Source of the DNA: an uncultured Chlamydiae bacterium | GTDB lineage: Bacteria; Chlamydiota; Chlamydiia; Chlamydiales; JAJFMB01 | Reading direction: 5' to 3' | NCBI GenBank assembly: GCA_963696295.1 | Contig: CAVOJR010000001.1 | Location: 672,001 to 736,000, forward strand | Length of the DNA stretch: 64,000 nucleotides | Shown: in pieces, positions 49,710-58,894 of the stretch | Layout: the number at the start of each line of letters is the position of its first letter | How positions within the stretch are numbered: position 1 is the first letter of the stretch | Translations under genes and position numbers: made by a program | The notes under the pieces: model-generated | Told to the model about the DNA's origin: nothing | Databases searched by the model: none | What the model saw: only the letters and a program-made list of their open reading frames with translations

Positions 49710-49773
49710 TATTTCAAAGGTCTATACAAAATTGAGGGAAGGCGGGAATGCGAATTCAAAAGTTGACATCAGC
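49667..49773. repeat. Imperfect palindrome overlapping the distal end of the array
   Basis: GCTGA..CAATTTTGA..CCCGCCTT..TTCC pairs with GGAAGGCGGG..TCAAAAGTTG..TCAGC. Confidence 0.55.
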
Positions 49774-49778
49774 ATGCT

Positions 49779-50804
49779 TTAAGCAGGGTTTAGTAAGATG
49801 AATGTCAGTATAACAGTTTTACCTGTATTGTCCCCTTGCAGGTGAAGGTTTCTATAATTGGTAACCTGCAAACTGACTGTCCAACCTGACTCTAGCGAAA
49901 GTAAATAGTTACCTTTCATTACAGTCCCACCTCCAGTAGCATCATTTACGACAGTTGCCACGCCTGGAGAAATTAAACCAGAACCTCCCCCTACATTTAA
50001 TTGTATTTCCAAAAGACCATCTCCAGACCCCGTAAGCTGAGAACTGACCGCAAACATCACAAGATAAACTCCGGTTTGAGGTATAGTGACTGCATCAGAA
50101 ACAACAGGACCAGGCCAAGATGATCCAGAATAATTGCTGCCCCGAGTTGTCAATGGAATAGTTTTAGGGAGAGAGCCACTTAGATCACCTGTCGTAGTAG
50201 CATAATACGTTGCAAAGATATTACTAAACCCCCCAGTTACACCCGTACTTCCGGTTGACCCCGTCGGCCCGGTCGGACCTGTGCTGGAGTAGCTTATTCC
50301 ATTAGTGCCTGTAGGGCCGGTTGGACCTGTTGCCCCAGCTGTAGGTGATGACGGCCCGGTTGGCCCGGTTGACCCGGAGAGCCCGCTTGGCCCGGTGGGA
50401 CCGGTTGGCCCGGAGAGTCCGCTTGGACCGGTAAGTCCTGTGAGTCCTGATACGCCCGTTGGCCCTGCAGGTCCAGTTGATCCGGTTGGTCCCGTCACCC
50501 CTGCAATGCCCGTTGCCCCGGTAGTGCCGGTAGGCCCCGGACTGCCTGGACAACCCTGGATGCCCTGCGGGCCCGGTTGACCATTCACACCGTTCATCGC
50601 ATCGCGCCCTGCTGGTCCTATAGGGCCGGTTTCACCGGTCAGTCCCTTGAGACCACGAGGTCCGGTGGGTCCTGTCGGACCCATAAGCAGGATATTTGGG
50701 CAGCTGTAATTACAATTCTCTTTCTGATTTGTCCTATTAGGCACCCCTTGAGAGTATGCCAAATTCGCTCCAACGACCAAAAGGGCGAAAAAAAACAATC
50801 TCAT
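49779..50804 (-). CDS. Secreted collagen-like protein (BclA-like; GPT-rich helix, C1q/BclA-C-like C-terminal domain) #1
   Basis: Signal [18 protein letters not shown]; long Gly-X-Y run containing [18 protein letters not shown]. Confidence 0.9.
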   Translation of the reverse strand: MRLFFFALLVVGANLAYSQGVPNRTNQKENCNYSCPNILLMGPTGPTGPRGLKGLTGETGPIGPAGRDAMNGVNGQPGPQGIQGCPGSPGPTGTTGATGIAGVTGPTGSTGPAGPTGVSGLTGLTGPSGLSGPTGPTGPSGLSGSTGPTGPSSPTAGATGPTGPTGTNGISYSSTGPTGPTGSTGSTGVTGGFSNIFATYYATTTGDLSGSLPKTIPLTTRGSNYSGSSWPGPVVSDAVTIPQTGVYLVMFAVSSQLTGSGDGLLEIQLNVGGGSGLISPGVATVVNDATGGGTVMKGNYLLSLESGWTVSLQVTNYRNLHLQGDNTGKTVILTFILLNPA

Positions 50805-50838
50805 GAAAACACCCAAAGTAAACCAATAAGTTAAACCA

Positions 50839-50872
50839 TAGATTTTGAATCTAAATCCAAATTTAATCAAGA
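50839..50872 (-). promoter_or_regulatory. Conserved promoter/operator of collagen gene #1 (also at ~52047-52080 and ~53261-53293)
   Basis: On the - strand, TTGATT-17 bp-CA(A/G)AAT, with the palindrome TAGATTCnGAATCTA over the -10 region, precedes three paralogs. Confidence 0.6.
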
Positions 50873-50944
50873 AAAAAATCAACACCGTGGAGTACTAGTG
50901 TCTAACACCATAAATCCGTTTATTAAATTTGAGTGAATGTTGTC

Positions 50945-50988
50945 ACAGATTGCAGTAGCGTATCATTTTACGCTACTGCGAGCTGTGG
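50945..50988. terminator. Intergenic hairpin between collagen genes #2 and #1
   Basis: CACAG.TTGCAGTAGCGTA-loop-TACGCTACTGCGA.CTGTG. Confidence 0.6.
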
Positions 50989-51009
50989 AAAAAGGCGCCA
51001 AAATTGATC

Positions 51010-52014
51010 TCAAGGGTTTATCAGGATAAATGTCAAACTGGCAGTGATATTAGCATTGTCTCCGGCTAACACAAGGCCGTATGTAGACGCATTCTGCAAA
51101 CCTACGGCACTGGATGGGGTAAGGCTAAGAAAATAATAACCAGCTATTATAGTGGCCCCACTCGTTGTCGCATTAACGACAGATGTAAAACCAGGAGTAT
51201 ACGGTGCACCACCAATAATTAACTGAATATCCATAATTCCAGTATTAGAGCCTGAATTGTTCTGGGCATTGACCGTAAACATTATAAGATACTCTCCAGC
51301 TACGGGAACTGTGACAACGTAGTTTGATGCGAGAGAGGCACTAGAAAATCCGCCGCTAGCCGCACCGTAGATATTTAGCAAAGGGATGTTTGCGGTGGTA
51401 ACCAGTCCCGTCGCATTACCGTAAAACTGACCGTAAACAGGTGTCGGCTCTCCCATTTCTCCCATTGACCCGCCCGGCCCGGTTGGCCCGGTCGCTCCCG
51501 GGGTTCCGTTGGTTCCGCTCGCGCCTGTAGGTCCGGTTGGGCCTGTTGGTCCAGAAGATCCTGTCGGCCCGGTTGGTCCGGCTCCGGTAAAAGAAAACCC
51601 TGTCGGTCCGGTTGGCCCTGTTGCCCCGGAAAGTCCTGTCGGGCCTGTCGGTCCTGATAGCCCGGAAGGGCCTGTAGGCCCTGTTGACCCTGTGGCCCCC
51701 GCCGGTCCTGTCGTCCCTGAAACACCAGTCGGTCCACTAGGGCCTGAGGGTCCTGTAATCCCTTGACAACCCGCCGGCCCCTGGGGGCCTTGCTGGCCAT
51801 TCAACCCGTTTTGACCATCGCGTCCCGCAGGTCCTGGGGGGCCTTGTTCCCCCCTTAATCCGCGAGGCCCGCGATGTCCTCTTAACCCCGCCGGACCGGG
51901 CAGAATAATGGGAGCGTCGGAGTATCTGATATCACAATTTCCGCTATCAGGCACCCCTTGAGAGTGAGCCAAATTCGCTCCAATGACAAGAAGAGCGAAA
52001 AAAAACAATCTCAT
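51010..52014 (-). CDS. Secreted collagen-like protein #2
   Basis: Same signal-peptide family; GPT/GPS-rich helix with [18 protein letters not shown]. Confidence 0.9.
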   Translation of the reverse strand: MRLFFFALLVIGANLAHSQGVPDSGNCDIRYSDAPIILPGPAGLRGHRGPRGLRGEQGPPGPAGRDGQNGLNGQQGPQGPAGCQGITGPSGPSGPTGVSGTTGPAGATGSTGPTGPSGLSGPTGPTGLSGATGPTGPTGFSFTGAGPTGPTGSSGPTGPTGPTGASGTNGTPGATGPTGPGGSMGEMGEPTPVYGQFYGNATGLVTTANIPLLNIYGAASGGFSSASLASNYVVTVPVAGEYLIMFTVNAQNNSGSNTGIMDIQLIIGGAPYTPGFTSVVNATTSGATIIAGYYFLSLTPSSAVGLQNASTYGLVLAGDNANITASLTFILINP

Positions 52015-52135
52015 GATAACACCCAAAGTAAACGGCTAGTTAAACCATAGATTCTGAATCTCATTAAATATTTAATCAAGAAAAAAATGAACATTGGGTC
52101 CCGCAATTTTGATACTTCGAACTGGCGGGTCCCTC

Positions 52136-53119
52136 TCAGCTAGGTATTAATAAGAGAAATGACAGACTGACAGTAAAATTGGTACCGTCTCCAGCTAAAT
52201 AAAGGCCGTTACCAGTGCTATTCTGCAAATATATATTTTGGCCACCAGATGGAATAACTATAAAATAATTACCAACTATCACAGTGGCGCCGCTCCCAGT
52301 ATCAGAGACGTAAGATGTAGAACCAATTTGAGCAGCACCGCCAACGAATAATGTAATGTCCATAACTCCAAGGTTAGTTCCTGAATTGTTCTGAGCGCTG
52401 ACTGAAAATATCACCAGATAATATCCGGGCGTGCCAACCGTTACTTTGTTACCTGCCACACTAAATGACCCTGCCATATCCCCGTAAAATCCGCTCAAGG
52501 GTATGTTCGTATTTGAAGTAATGAAACCCGTTTTATTACTGGATGCCGAAGCATAAGCCACGGCATATGCCCCCGAGAGCCCTGTTGGGCCGGTTGGCCC
52601 GGTTGGCCCCGTAAACCCCGAGGTTCCGTTTGTTCCGCTAGGCCCGGTAGGTCCGGTGGAGCCTGTTGCCCCGGAAAGTCCTGTCGGCCCGGTCGGCCCG
52701 GTTGTCCCCGAGAGTCCCGTTGGCCCCGTTGCCCCGGATAACCCCGAAGGCCCGGTCGGCCCGGTTACGCCGGAAAGACCTGTCGGACCCGTCGGCCCGG
52801 TCGGCGCGGTTGGCCCGGTAGGGCCGGTTGCCCCAGAAGGTCCTGTCGGCCCCTGAGGGCCTGTGATTCCAGGACATCCTTGGCACCCTTTTGGGCCGGT
52901 TGGGCCTGGCTGTCCGTTAAATCCGCTTTGGCCATTGCGTCCGGAAACTCCGGCCGGCCCTTGATCCCCCTGGATTCCCATAGGCCCGGTAGGTCCTCTG
53001 GGCCCTCTCGGACCGCGTATGACTTTGGGTTTAGCGGCAGAAATGTCAAAATCAGACACCCCTTGAGAGTGGGCCAAATTCGCTCCAAGGACCAAAAGTG
53101 CGAAAAAAAACATTCTCAT
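52136..53119 (-). CDS. Secreted collagen-like protein #3
   Basis: Same signal-peptide family; [17 protein letters not shown] repeats; [15 protein letters not shown]. Confidence 0.9.
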   Translation of the reverse strand: MRMFFFALLVLGANLAHSQGVSDFDISAAKPKVIRGPRGPRGPTGPMGIQGDQGPAGVSGRNGQSGFNGQPGPTGPKGCQGCPGITGPQGPTGPSGATGPTGPTAPTGPTGPTGLSGVTGPTGPSGLSGATGPTGLSGTTGPTGPTGLSGATGSTGPTGPSGTNGTSGFTGPTGPTGPTGLSGAYAVAYASASSNKTGFITSNTNIPLSGFYGDMAGSFSVAGNKVTVGTPGYYLVIFSVSAQNNSGTNLGVMDITLFVGGAAQIGSTSYVSDTGSGATVIVGNYFIVIPSGGQNIYLQNSTGNGLYLAGDGTNFTVSLSFLLLIPS

Positions 53120-53152
53120 GCTAACACCCTAAGTAATCAGCTCAGTTAAACC

Positions 53153-53251
53153 GGCCATTTTCATAATTTCATCAACGGGGGCTGGCCGCGAGGCGCGATT
53201 GAACACATCTCGCGCCTCTCCTTCAGCCCGCGAATGATGAAATTAATGGCC
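53153..53251. mobile_element. 99-bp palindromic MITE-like insertion with 8-bp target-site duplication
   Basis: Termini GGCCATT/AATGGCC; internal arms pair; flanked by GTTAAACC at 53145-53152 and 53252-53259; the paralogous leaders have a single GTTAAACC. Confidence 0.85.
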
Positions 53252-53288
53252 GTTAAACCTTAGATTCTGAATCTAATTAAATATTTAA

Positions 53289-55271
53289 TCAAGAAAAATG
53301 GGAGAGAAGGCTTTCTTTTATCTCCTCAATAGGAGTAATGGCCAGATAGGCTTCCTTATCTTCAATCCCGACGGTGATGATCACATTTTTCTCTTCATGG
53401 TCCAAAGTCATCCCTGAGCCGTATTCAATACCGATGGCTTTGAAATAAAAGGGCCGGGAGAGTTTTGTGATTTGAAAGTTTTTATCCAGATAGACAAAAC
53501 GGTGAAGGTAATAGCGTCTGCCGGGATAGGCCACTTCATGGACTAATGTCAGATACCCTTCATCGAAGGGAATAGGACCGGCTGAGCCGCGAAAAGAAGA
53601 GCAGTCAAAGGGAGAGGTCGTTTCCACGATTTTTTCACAATGCCCTGAAAGAAGATCAGGTTTATAAATTGTGAAGGGTTCGTGAGAGTATATGATGTGG
53701 ATCGCATCGTTCAGCACAAAAGGGAGCCAATTTTTTTCGCACCGGTTCTTTACAGGGCCTGCTAGGGGAATCAGCTCTTTAATAGCCCCTCCGGGCTCTA
53801 TCTTTCCAAGCCCAATTTGAATGATGTTTGAGGGGTTGGCGTCGTATAAACAGCAGGTCAGCCAATTTGCCCCGCGAAAGGAAAAGAGACGGCAATCTTC
53901 GATGCCTGTAGTATACCCGCAAGGAAAGCGCGGATAGGAAGCCTCCTCAATCAGCTCCTCTTGGGAGAGTCTTTTAAAGGCCTTGTCGGTTTTGATCAGG
54001 AAATTACGCGTGTCAATTTTGGGATTATTGGGGTCGCGCGACCAATAATGTTTGGCTTCTTCTTGTCCAAAATTGACGGTGCGGCAGATGATGTCGTAGC
54101 CTGTTTCCGTTTTTTGAATCGAGGGGTTTAGGGGGTTGTAATTTTCTGTAGCGTTGATCTTTGGAGGGATGATGTCGACAGGGATATAAGTGGCTTTCAG
54201 GGGCCGGACATAAAAAAGGGCATTATTCAAGGCGTTATTTTTTATATCCTTTGGAATATCCTTATTCACCAATAAGCGGTTGATTGCTTCAAACCCCAAG
54301 TTTTTATGCGGCGTATAGAAAGCCGCAATCGAAAGTTCTTCATCGAGAAGATAGTTCGCTTTCCCCTGCATGGCGTAGTGAGTGCATAGATTATTATCGC
54401 CATTAAGTCTGTAGTAGCGGGCAAGCCGGTAAAACGGTTCGGCCCGCTCAGGGTTTAGTTCCATCGCTTTAAGGTATTCCCTGACCGCTTTTTCCCCCTC
54501 ATGCTTCTCTTCAAAATATTGGCCCAGCATGAGGCGCGAATGAAAGAGACCGTCCCCTTTTTCTTCACATTCACACCTTTTTTGGTACCATTTCGCGGCT
54601 AAATCGGAGACACCCAAGGATTTATAGGTATCAGCAAGACACACCATGCAGGCTAAATTGCGCGGTTCTTTCTCAAGAGCGGTTAAAAGAGCGCCCAGTT
54701 TTTTCTCCTTTTCCCCTTCCCCGTCTTCGACTGAAAGATAGGAAAGGTCATCGAGCCGGGAATGGTTGGGGCAAGCCCAATAATCAAAGAGCGCCCCCCT
54801 ATTTTCACAAGGAAGAGCTGCTTTGAGAAGAAATAGTTTTTTCGGAAAGCAATCGCGCGCTAGAAAGTAACCATCGGCCATCAAACTGCCTTTGTCAAAA
54901 GAGGGGGATTGCCTGACAACCATATCCGCATCTAAAAAAAGGAAATAGATGCCCTCCAGGGACTCTCCCCTCTTTTTCAGCCATTTGCGGGCGGCGTTTG
55001 CCGCGGCTGTGCGGCTTTCATTCCTGTTCCGGCATTTTTGGTGATGGATTATTCCCGGGATCTTTTCCTTTTCGATAAAGGCTTCGATAATCGCCACAGT
55101 ATTATCCGTCGAGCCTGTGTCGATAATTGAGATATAATCGACCAGCCCTTTGACGCTCTCCAGGCATTTTTCAATCGCATGAGCCTCATTGTTGACACTC
55201 ATGGATAGACAAATTTTTCCAAAAAGAAAAAAAGGCGTCAGACAAAAGAGCAGAAAATAATAGGGCATCAT
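53289..55271 (-). CDS. Secreted GT2 + TPR + five-bladed beta-propeller (GH130/GT91-like) protein
   Basis: Signal peptide; VNNE, DTGSTDNT, LDADM; TPR (PERAEP); C-terminal NPSI, IEDCRLF, EKNWLPF, FRGSAG, YLHRF, IEYGSG, VGIED. Confidence 0.82.
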   Translation of the reverse strand: MMPYYFLLFCLTPFFLFGKICLSMSVNNEAHAIEKCLESVKGLVDYISIIDTGSTDNTVAIIEAFIEKEKIPGIIHHQKCRNRNESRTAAANAARKWLKKRGESLEGIYFLFLDADMVVRQSPSFDKGSLMADGYFLARDCFPKKLFLLKAALPCENRGALFDYWACPNHSRLDDLSYLSVEDGEGEKEKKLGALLTALEKEPRNLACMVCLADTYKSLGVSDLAAKWYQKRCECEEKGDGLFHSRLMLGQYFEEKHEGEKAVREYLKAMELNPERAEPFYRLARYYRLNGDNNLCTHYAMQGKANYLLDEELSIAAFYTPHKNLGFEAINRLLVNKDIPKDIKNNALNNALFYVRPLKATYIPVDIIPPKINATENYNPLNPSIQKTETGYDIICRTVNFGQEEAKHYWSRDPNNPKIDTRNFLIKTDKAFKRLSQEELIEEASYPRFPCGYTTGIEDCRLFSFRGANWLTCCLYDANPSNIIQIGLGKIEPGGAIKELIPLAGPVKNRCEKNWLPFVLNDAIHIIYSHEPFTIYKPDLLSGHCEKIVETTSPFDCSSFRGSAGPIPFDEGYLTLVHEVAYPGRRYYLHRFVYLDKNFQITKLSRPFYFKAIGIEYGSGMTLDHEEKNVIITVGIEDKEAYLAITPIEEIKESLLSHFS

Positions 55272-55301
55272 GAGCTCCCAAAAGCGCTTATTCTACCGGA
55301 A

Positions 55302-56087
55302 TTACCCTCTTTTGACAATCAGCAAAGTGTAGGAGCTCGTTGTTTGACCCGCATTTAAAAGAGGAGTTGCTGTGAGCGGATCTCCAACACTGGTCACGCC
55401 TATCAAAGCAGTGGCCGCCTGGAGGGAAAAGATCCCTGTACCCATGACGTAGCTGAAAGTATCTTCTGCACTGGTAATAATTCCGGTCTGCGTCATGGCT
55501 TGCGCCGCGCCCCCATTGAGGGTGAGGCCAATAGCTAAATTGGACGCTACCTGATTAGACGCGTTCAGGATGAAAGTGATTTCATAAATGCCGTCCATGG
55601 GAACTTGCACAAAATTGCCATTTGGTGAGCTCCAATTAGCGCCGAATGATTCAACAGGACCATTAAGCGAAAGAACCCCGGAAGCCGCGCTAATCTGACC
55701 TGCGTAGGAATAGCGCGCCGCTACTGCCAGGCCACTGCCAAAACCGGTAGGTCCCGTGATTCCAGTCGGACCTGTCGGGCCCATGGGACCCATACAACCC
55801 CTTGGACCCTGGCAGCCCTGCGGTCCGGGAACCCCCGGAAACCCATAAGGACCCTGGCAGCCTTGAACTCCTTGCGGGCCGGGCTGCCCGTTCAAACCGT
55901 TCAGACCGTTACGCCCGGCGGGACCGGCCGGACCCTGATCCCCTCTTGGCCCCTCCGGGCCGGTGGGCCCGGGAGGACCCGGTGGCCCTTGGCACAGCGG
56001 CTCGCAATCGTCATACCTGGAAGAGGCATTCGCATGGAAGGTAAATAAACCGGCCAACACAATAATCAGTAAACGGCGCATCATCAT
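55302..56087 (-). CDS. Secreted collagen-like protein #4
   Basis: Signal peptide ending ANA; CEPLC then Gly-X-Y with three GC triplets; [13 protein letters not shown]. Confidence 0.9.
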   Translation of the reverse strand: MMMRRLLIIVLAGLFTFHANASSRYDDCEPLCQGPPGPPGPTGPEGPRGDQGPAGPAGRNGLNGLNGQPGPQGVQGCQGPYGFPGVPGPQGCQGPRGCMGPMGPTGPTGITGPTGFGSGLAVAARYSYAGQISAASGVLSLNGPVESFGANWSSPNGNFVQVPMDGIYEITFILNASNQVASNLAIGLTLNGGAAQAMTQTGIITSAEDTFSYVMGTGIFSLQAATALIGVTSVGDPLTATPLLNAGQTTSSYTLLIVKRG

Positions 56088-56196
56088 ACCTTAAGTTCAG
56101 ACTAGATTCTTTGTATAAAGTACTTTTTTTTTTGCAACCAAATACGGACAAGCAAGTTTCAGTTGAAAAATATATTATAAATCTAAAGAATGAAAA

Positions 56197-57024
56197 ATGG
56201 AACAAACATCTCACTTGGGTGAAGCTGTGTCTCGTATTTTTATCGTAATAAGCCTCTTTTTATTTGCTTCTACAAGCTATGCAGATTATAAATCTGATTG
56301 CAGACCCTTGAGAGGACCTCCTGGACCCACCGGCCCCATAGGACCTGCTGGACCCAAAGGATTGAAAGGCAAGCAGGGTCCCTCCGGAGTGGATGGCCTG
56401 GACGGACAGACCGGTCCGACAGGCCCCACCGGTCCGTCCGGTTGTGCCGGATGCCCGGGCCCTCGCGGCAGTAAAGGGAATAGAGGAAGCGCAGGGCCGC
56501 AAGGCTCTATAGGACCCACCGGCATGCAAGGGCCGATGGGTCCCCAAGGGCCGACGGGACCTTTCGTACCGACGGCTTCAATGCCCTTTGTCCGATTTGC
56601 CAATTTTACGACTCAGCAAATCGCTTCCGGGGCCATTATTCCTTTAGGAAACGCGAACCCCGTCGACCGAAGCAGCGGATGGGCCGTCCAATCAGGGGGC
56701 CGTGTGACCGTTCCCAAGGATGGTGTTTACCTCGTTACCTGGATAGTCAACATTGATTTGAGCTACACCTCTAATGAAGGGGGTTATGACGCCATCATCG
56801 GCCTGGAAAACACGACCACGACCAATACCGGGACATTTGTGAATGGCAGTAATCAAACCGCCCAAGTGATTGGAGTATCCTTACAAAACCTGTTTGCGGG
56901 AATGACTGTCGGGCTTGTGAACTTTTCCAATTATCCCATTCAGATTATAGCCCAGCCATCATCATCGGGATCAGCAGGAGCTTCCTATACACTGAAAGTC
57001 GTTAATATTGGCACAAGCTCTTAG
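56197..57024 (+). CDS. Secreted collagen-like protein #5 (divergent orientation; start may be GTG at 56227)
   Basis: Signal peptide ending SYA; Gly-X-Y with [20 protein letters not shown]. Confidence 0.9.
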   Translation: MEQTSHLGEAVSRIFIVISLFLFASTSYADYKSDCRPLRGPPGPTGPIGPAGPKGLKGKQGPSGVDGLDGQTGPTGPTGPSGCAGCPGPRGSKGNRGSAGPQGSIGPTGMQGPMGPQGPTGPFVPTASMPFVRFANFTTQQIASGAIIPLGNANPVDRSSGWAVQSGGRVTVPKDGVYLVTWIVNIDLSYTSNEGGYDAIIGLENTTTTNTGTFVNGSNQTAQVIGVSLQNLFAGMTVGLVNFSNYPIQIIAQPSSSGSAGASYTLKVVNIGTSS

Positions 57025-57049
57025 GGGCTAATTTCGTCCAATCGCCCTC

Positions 57050-57802
57050 TTAGGAAATTTTTATGAGCTTAAGAGTGTAGGCGCTGATATTGCCGTTTTG
57101 ACTATCGACAGCTAAAGAATTTGCGGAGACGTTGTAAAGCCCGATCATATCCCCTTGATTGAGCGATATAATCGCTGTTCCGACGCCATAAGGATAAATT
57201 CCCATGCGCGTATTCGGCAAAGAGGCGCCATTTTTTCTTAGCTCAACTACGACCGGGCCCGTGTCATTGAGGTTGAGTATCCAGGTTATTTCGTAGTTGC
57301 CGCTGACCGGAATTTTGATAATTCCATTAGCGTCCGCCAGCCAGCCAGGGCTGCCGGCCGGATTGGTGCTGCCAAGGGAAATTTGCCCCCCTGACAAAGC
57401 CAAGCCGTCTGAAAAATTGGTATAAACAGCAAATTGGGTTAATGTGGTCGGCGCAGTTCCTGTGGGTCCCGACAATCCGGTAGGGCCAGTAGGTCCTGTG
57501 GGGCCGCTCGGACCTCTCGGGCCATCTGGACCCCTGTCGCCGGGACAGCCAGCCAGTCCCATAGGTCCCGTGCATCCCGGCCCCCCTTGCGGCCCTTGTA
57601 CGCCCTGTACACCATGGCGGCCGTTTTGGCCGGCCTGTCCAATATCGCCGATATCCCCTTTAGGGCCTCTGGGACCGGCGGGGCCTTGAGGACCCTGAGG
57701 GCCCGGTAAAATTCGCTGATCGCATTTAAAATCATTGGCGTGAGCGGAAAAAAAATTCAGGCAGAGAGCCGAAAGGAGAAAGTAGCGTGGAAAATGCTTC
57801 AT
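57050..57802 (-). CDS. Secreted collagen-like protein #6
   Basis: Signal peptide ending AHA; Gly-X-Y with GCT and GCP; IKIPVSGNYEITW. Confidence 0.9.
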   Translation of the reverse strand: MKHFPRYFLLSALCLNFFSAHANDFKCDQRILPGPQGPQGPAGPRGPKGDIGDIGQAGQNGRHGVQGVQGPQGGPGCTGPMGLAGCPGDRGPDGPRGPSGPTGPTGPTGLSGPTGTAPTTLTQFAVYTNFSDGLALSGGQISLGSTNPAGSPGWLADANGIIKIPVSGNYEITWILNLNDTGPVVVELRKNGASLPNTRMGIYPYGVGTAIISLNQGDMIGLYNVSANSLAVDSQNGNISAYTLKLIKIS

Positions 57803-57814
57803 AAATTACCTAAT

Positions 57815-58843
57815 TTAAAACAGGCCGTCATTTTCAACAATAGAATCTTCAATAATGTAGTCATCATGGCAAAAATGTTGTAACCCCTTTTTATCATTAA
57901 AGTTCCAGTCCCAGCAGGTTTGTTTGCGCAAGACAATGAGGTTGTTTCTCCGTTGCGGCAGAGGCGGGCACCATGATTCTTTGCAGCCGCTGCGCTTTCT
58001 GGCGCATCCGAAGGTAGGGAAGGGGATATTGATAGAAATTCTACCGATGACTTTAGTGTGGAAGTAACGATCGTAGGTGCCTTCCACTTCGACGCGAACG
58101 TTTGTGCTCAGGTCAGCGACCAAGCGGGCCCTGCCGCCGGCGAACCATTGCGATTGCGCCGTATTGTCATAAAAGTAGGCGCCAAGCCCGACATTGATGC
58201 GGGATTTGCACCAGAAGAAAAGCGTTTTGTCCAATTCGAGATCGAAGCCGCCGAAAGAGCAGATATTTTCTCTGCAGCAAGCAAAAAATCCCCCATCGTA
58301 ACAGAAAGTTTCGGAGCAGCAGTGTTTTTTCTTTTGGAAGGGGTAGTAGCCGTTGATATAGAAGTTGAAGCAAGGGTGGAAGAACTCGAAGCCGCCGCTG
58401 ATTTGATGAAAGTCCAGGTGGCAGGGCCCCCTTCTGTAGTCATAATATAAGTTAGCGCCCCCGACGATGCAATAGCAGTCGAAGGAGCGGACGCCGATGC
58501 CGACATTCACAGCGTTTTTCCAGTTGGCGAAGTAGTGCCATTTGGCGTCCAGATAGGTTTCGTAGCAAGTGTAGAACTGCCTTGCGTTCAGTTCAAAGGT
58601 GACATAATCCTTATTAGTCGCGATCGTTTCGCCGAAATTGCCCGTGAACTTGAAGTTCAGATCGCCCCCATTGGGCCTGTCGCAGGGGGGGAAGTAGAAT
58701 TCGCAGGGCATGAGGCAGCAGGCCATGCCATTATAGTTTTCGGTCTTGCAAGGATTGTAGCAGTCTCCTCCGCCGGGTGTATTATAATAGGTGACACCCG
58801 ACACACAGCCTACCCAAAGAAATCCCAACAACCACTTTTTCAT
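57815..58843 (-). CDS. Cys-rich stand-alone inverse-autotransporter (intimin/invasin-type) beta-barrel protein
   Basis: Signal peptide; NVGIGVR, GANLYYDYR, FHQISGGFE, NGYYP, GGRAR, EGTYD..F, and P.QRRNNLI linker; no passenger domain. Confidence 0.8.
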   Translation of the reverse strand: MKKWLLGFLWVGCVSGVTYYNTPGGGDCYNPCKTENYNGMACCLMPCEFYFPPCDRPNGGDLNFKFTGNFGETIATNKDYVTFELNARQFYTCYETYLDAKWHYFANWKNAVNVGIGVRSFDCYCIVGGANLYYDYRRGPCHLDFHQISGGFEFFHPCFNFYINGYYPFQKKKHCCSETFCYDGGFFACCRENICSFGGFDLELDKTLFFWCKSRINVGLGAYFYDNTAQSQWFAGGRARLVADLSTNVRVEVEGTYDRYFHTKVIGRISINIPFPTFGCARKRSGCKESWCPPLPQRRNNLIVLRKQTCWDWNFNDKKGLQHFCHDDYIIEDSIVENDGLF

Positions 58844-58894
58844 ATCATCCTCAAAGTTAAAAACCGCGCGCACGGTCGCGTGCGCGCCCTCGTC

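Noticed and set aside
50788..53110. Phase variation at T8 tracts in the collagen signal peptides
   Set aside because: All three are in frame and explained by Phe codons; there is no evidence of slippage without reads.
50302..57735. PVGPVGP-type and Arg-rich ORFs overlapping the collagen genes
   Set aside because: Antisense or off-frame translations of Gly-X-Y codon repeats.
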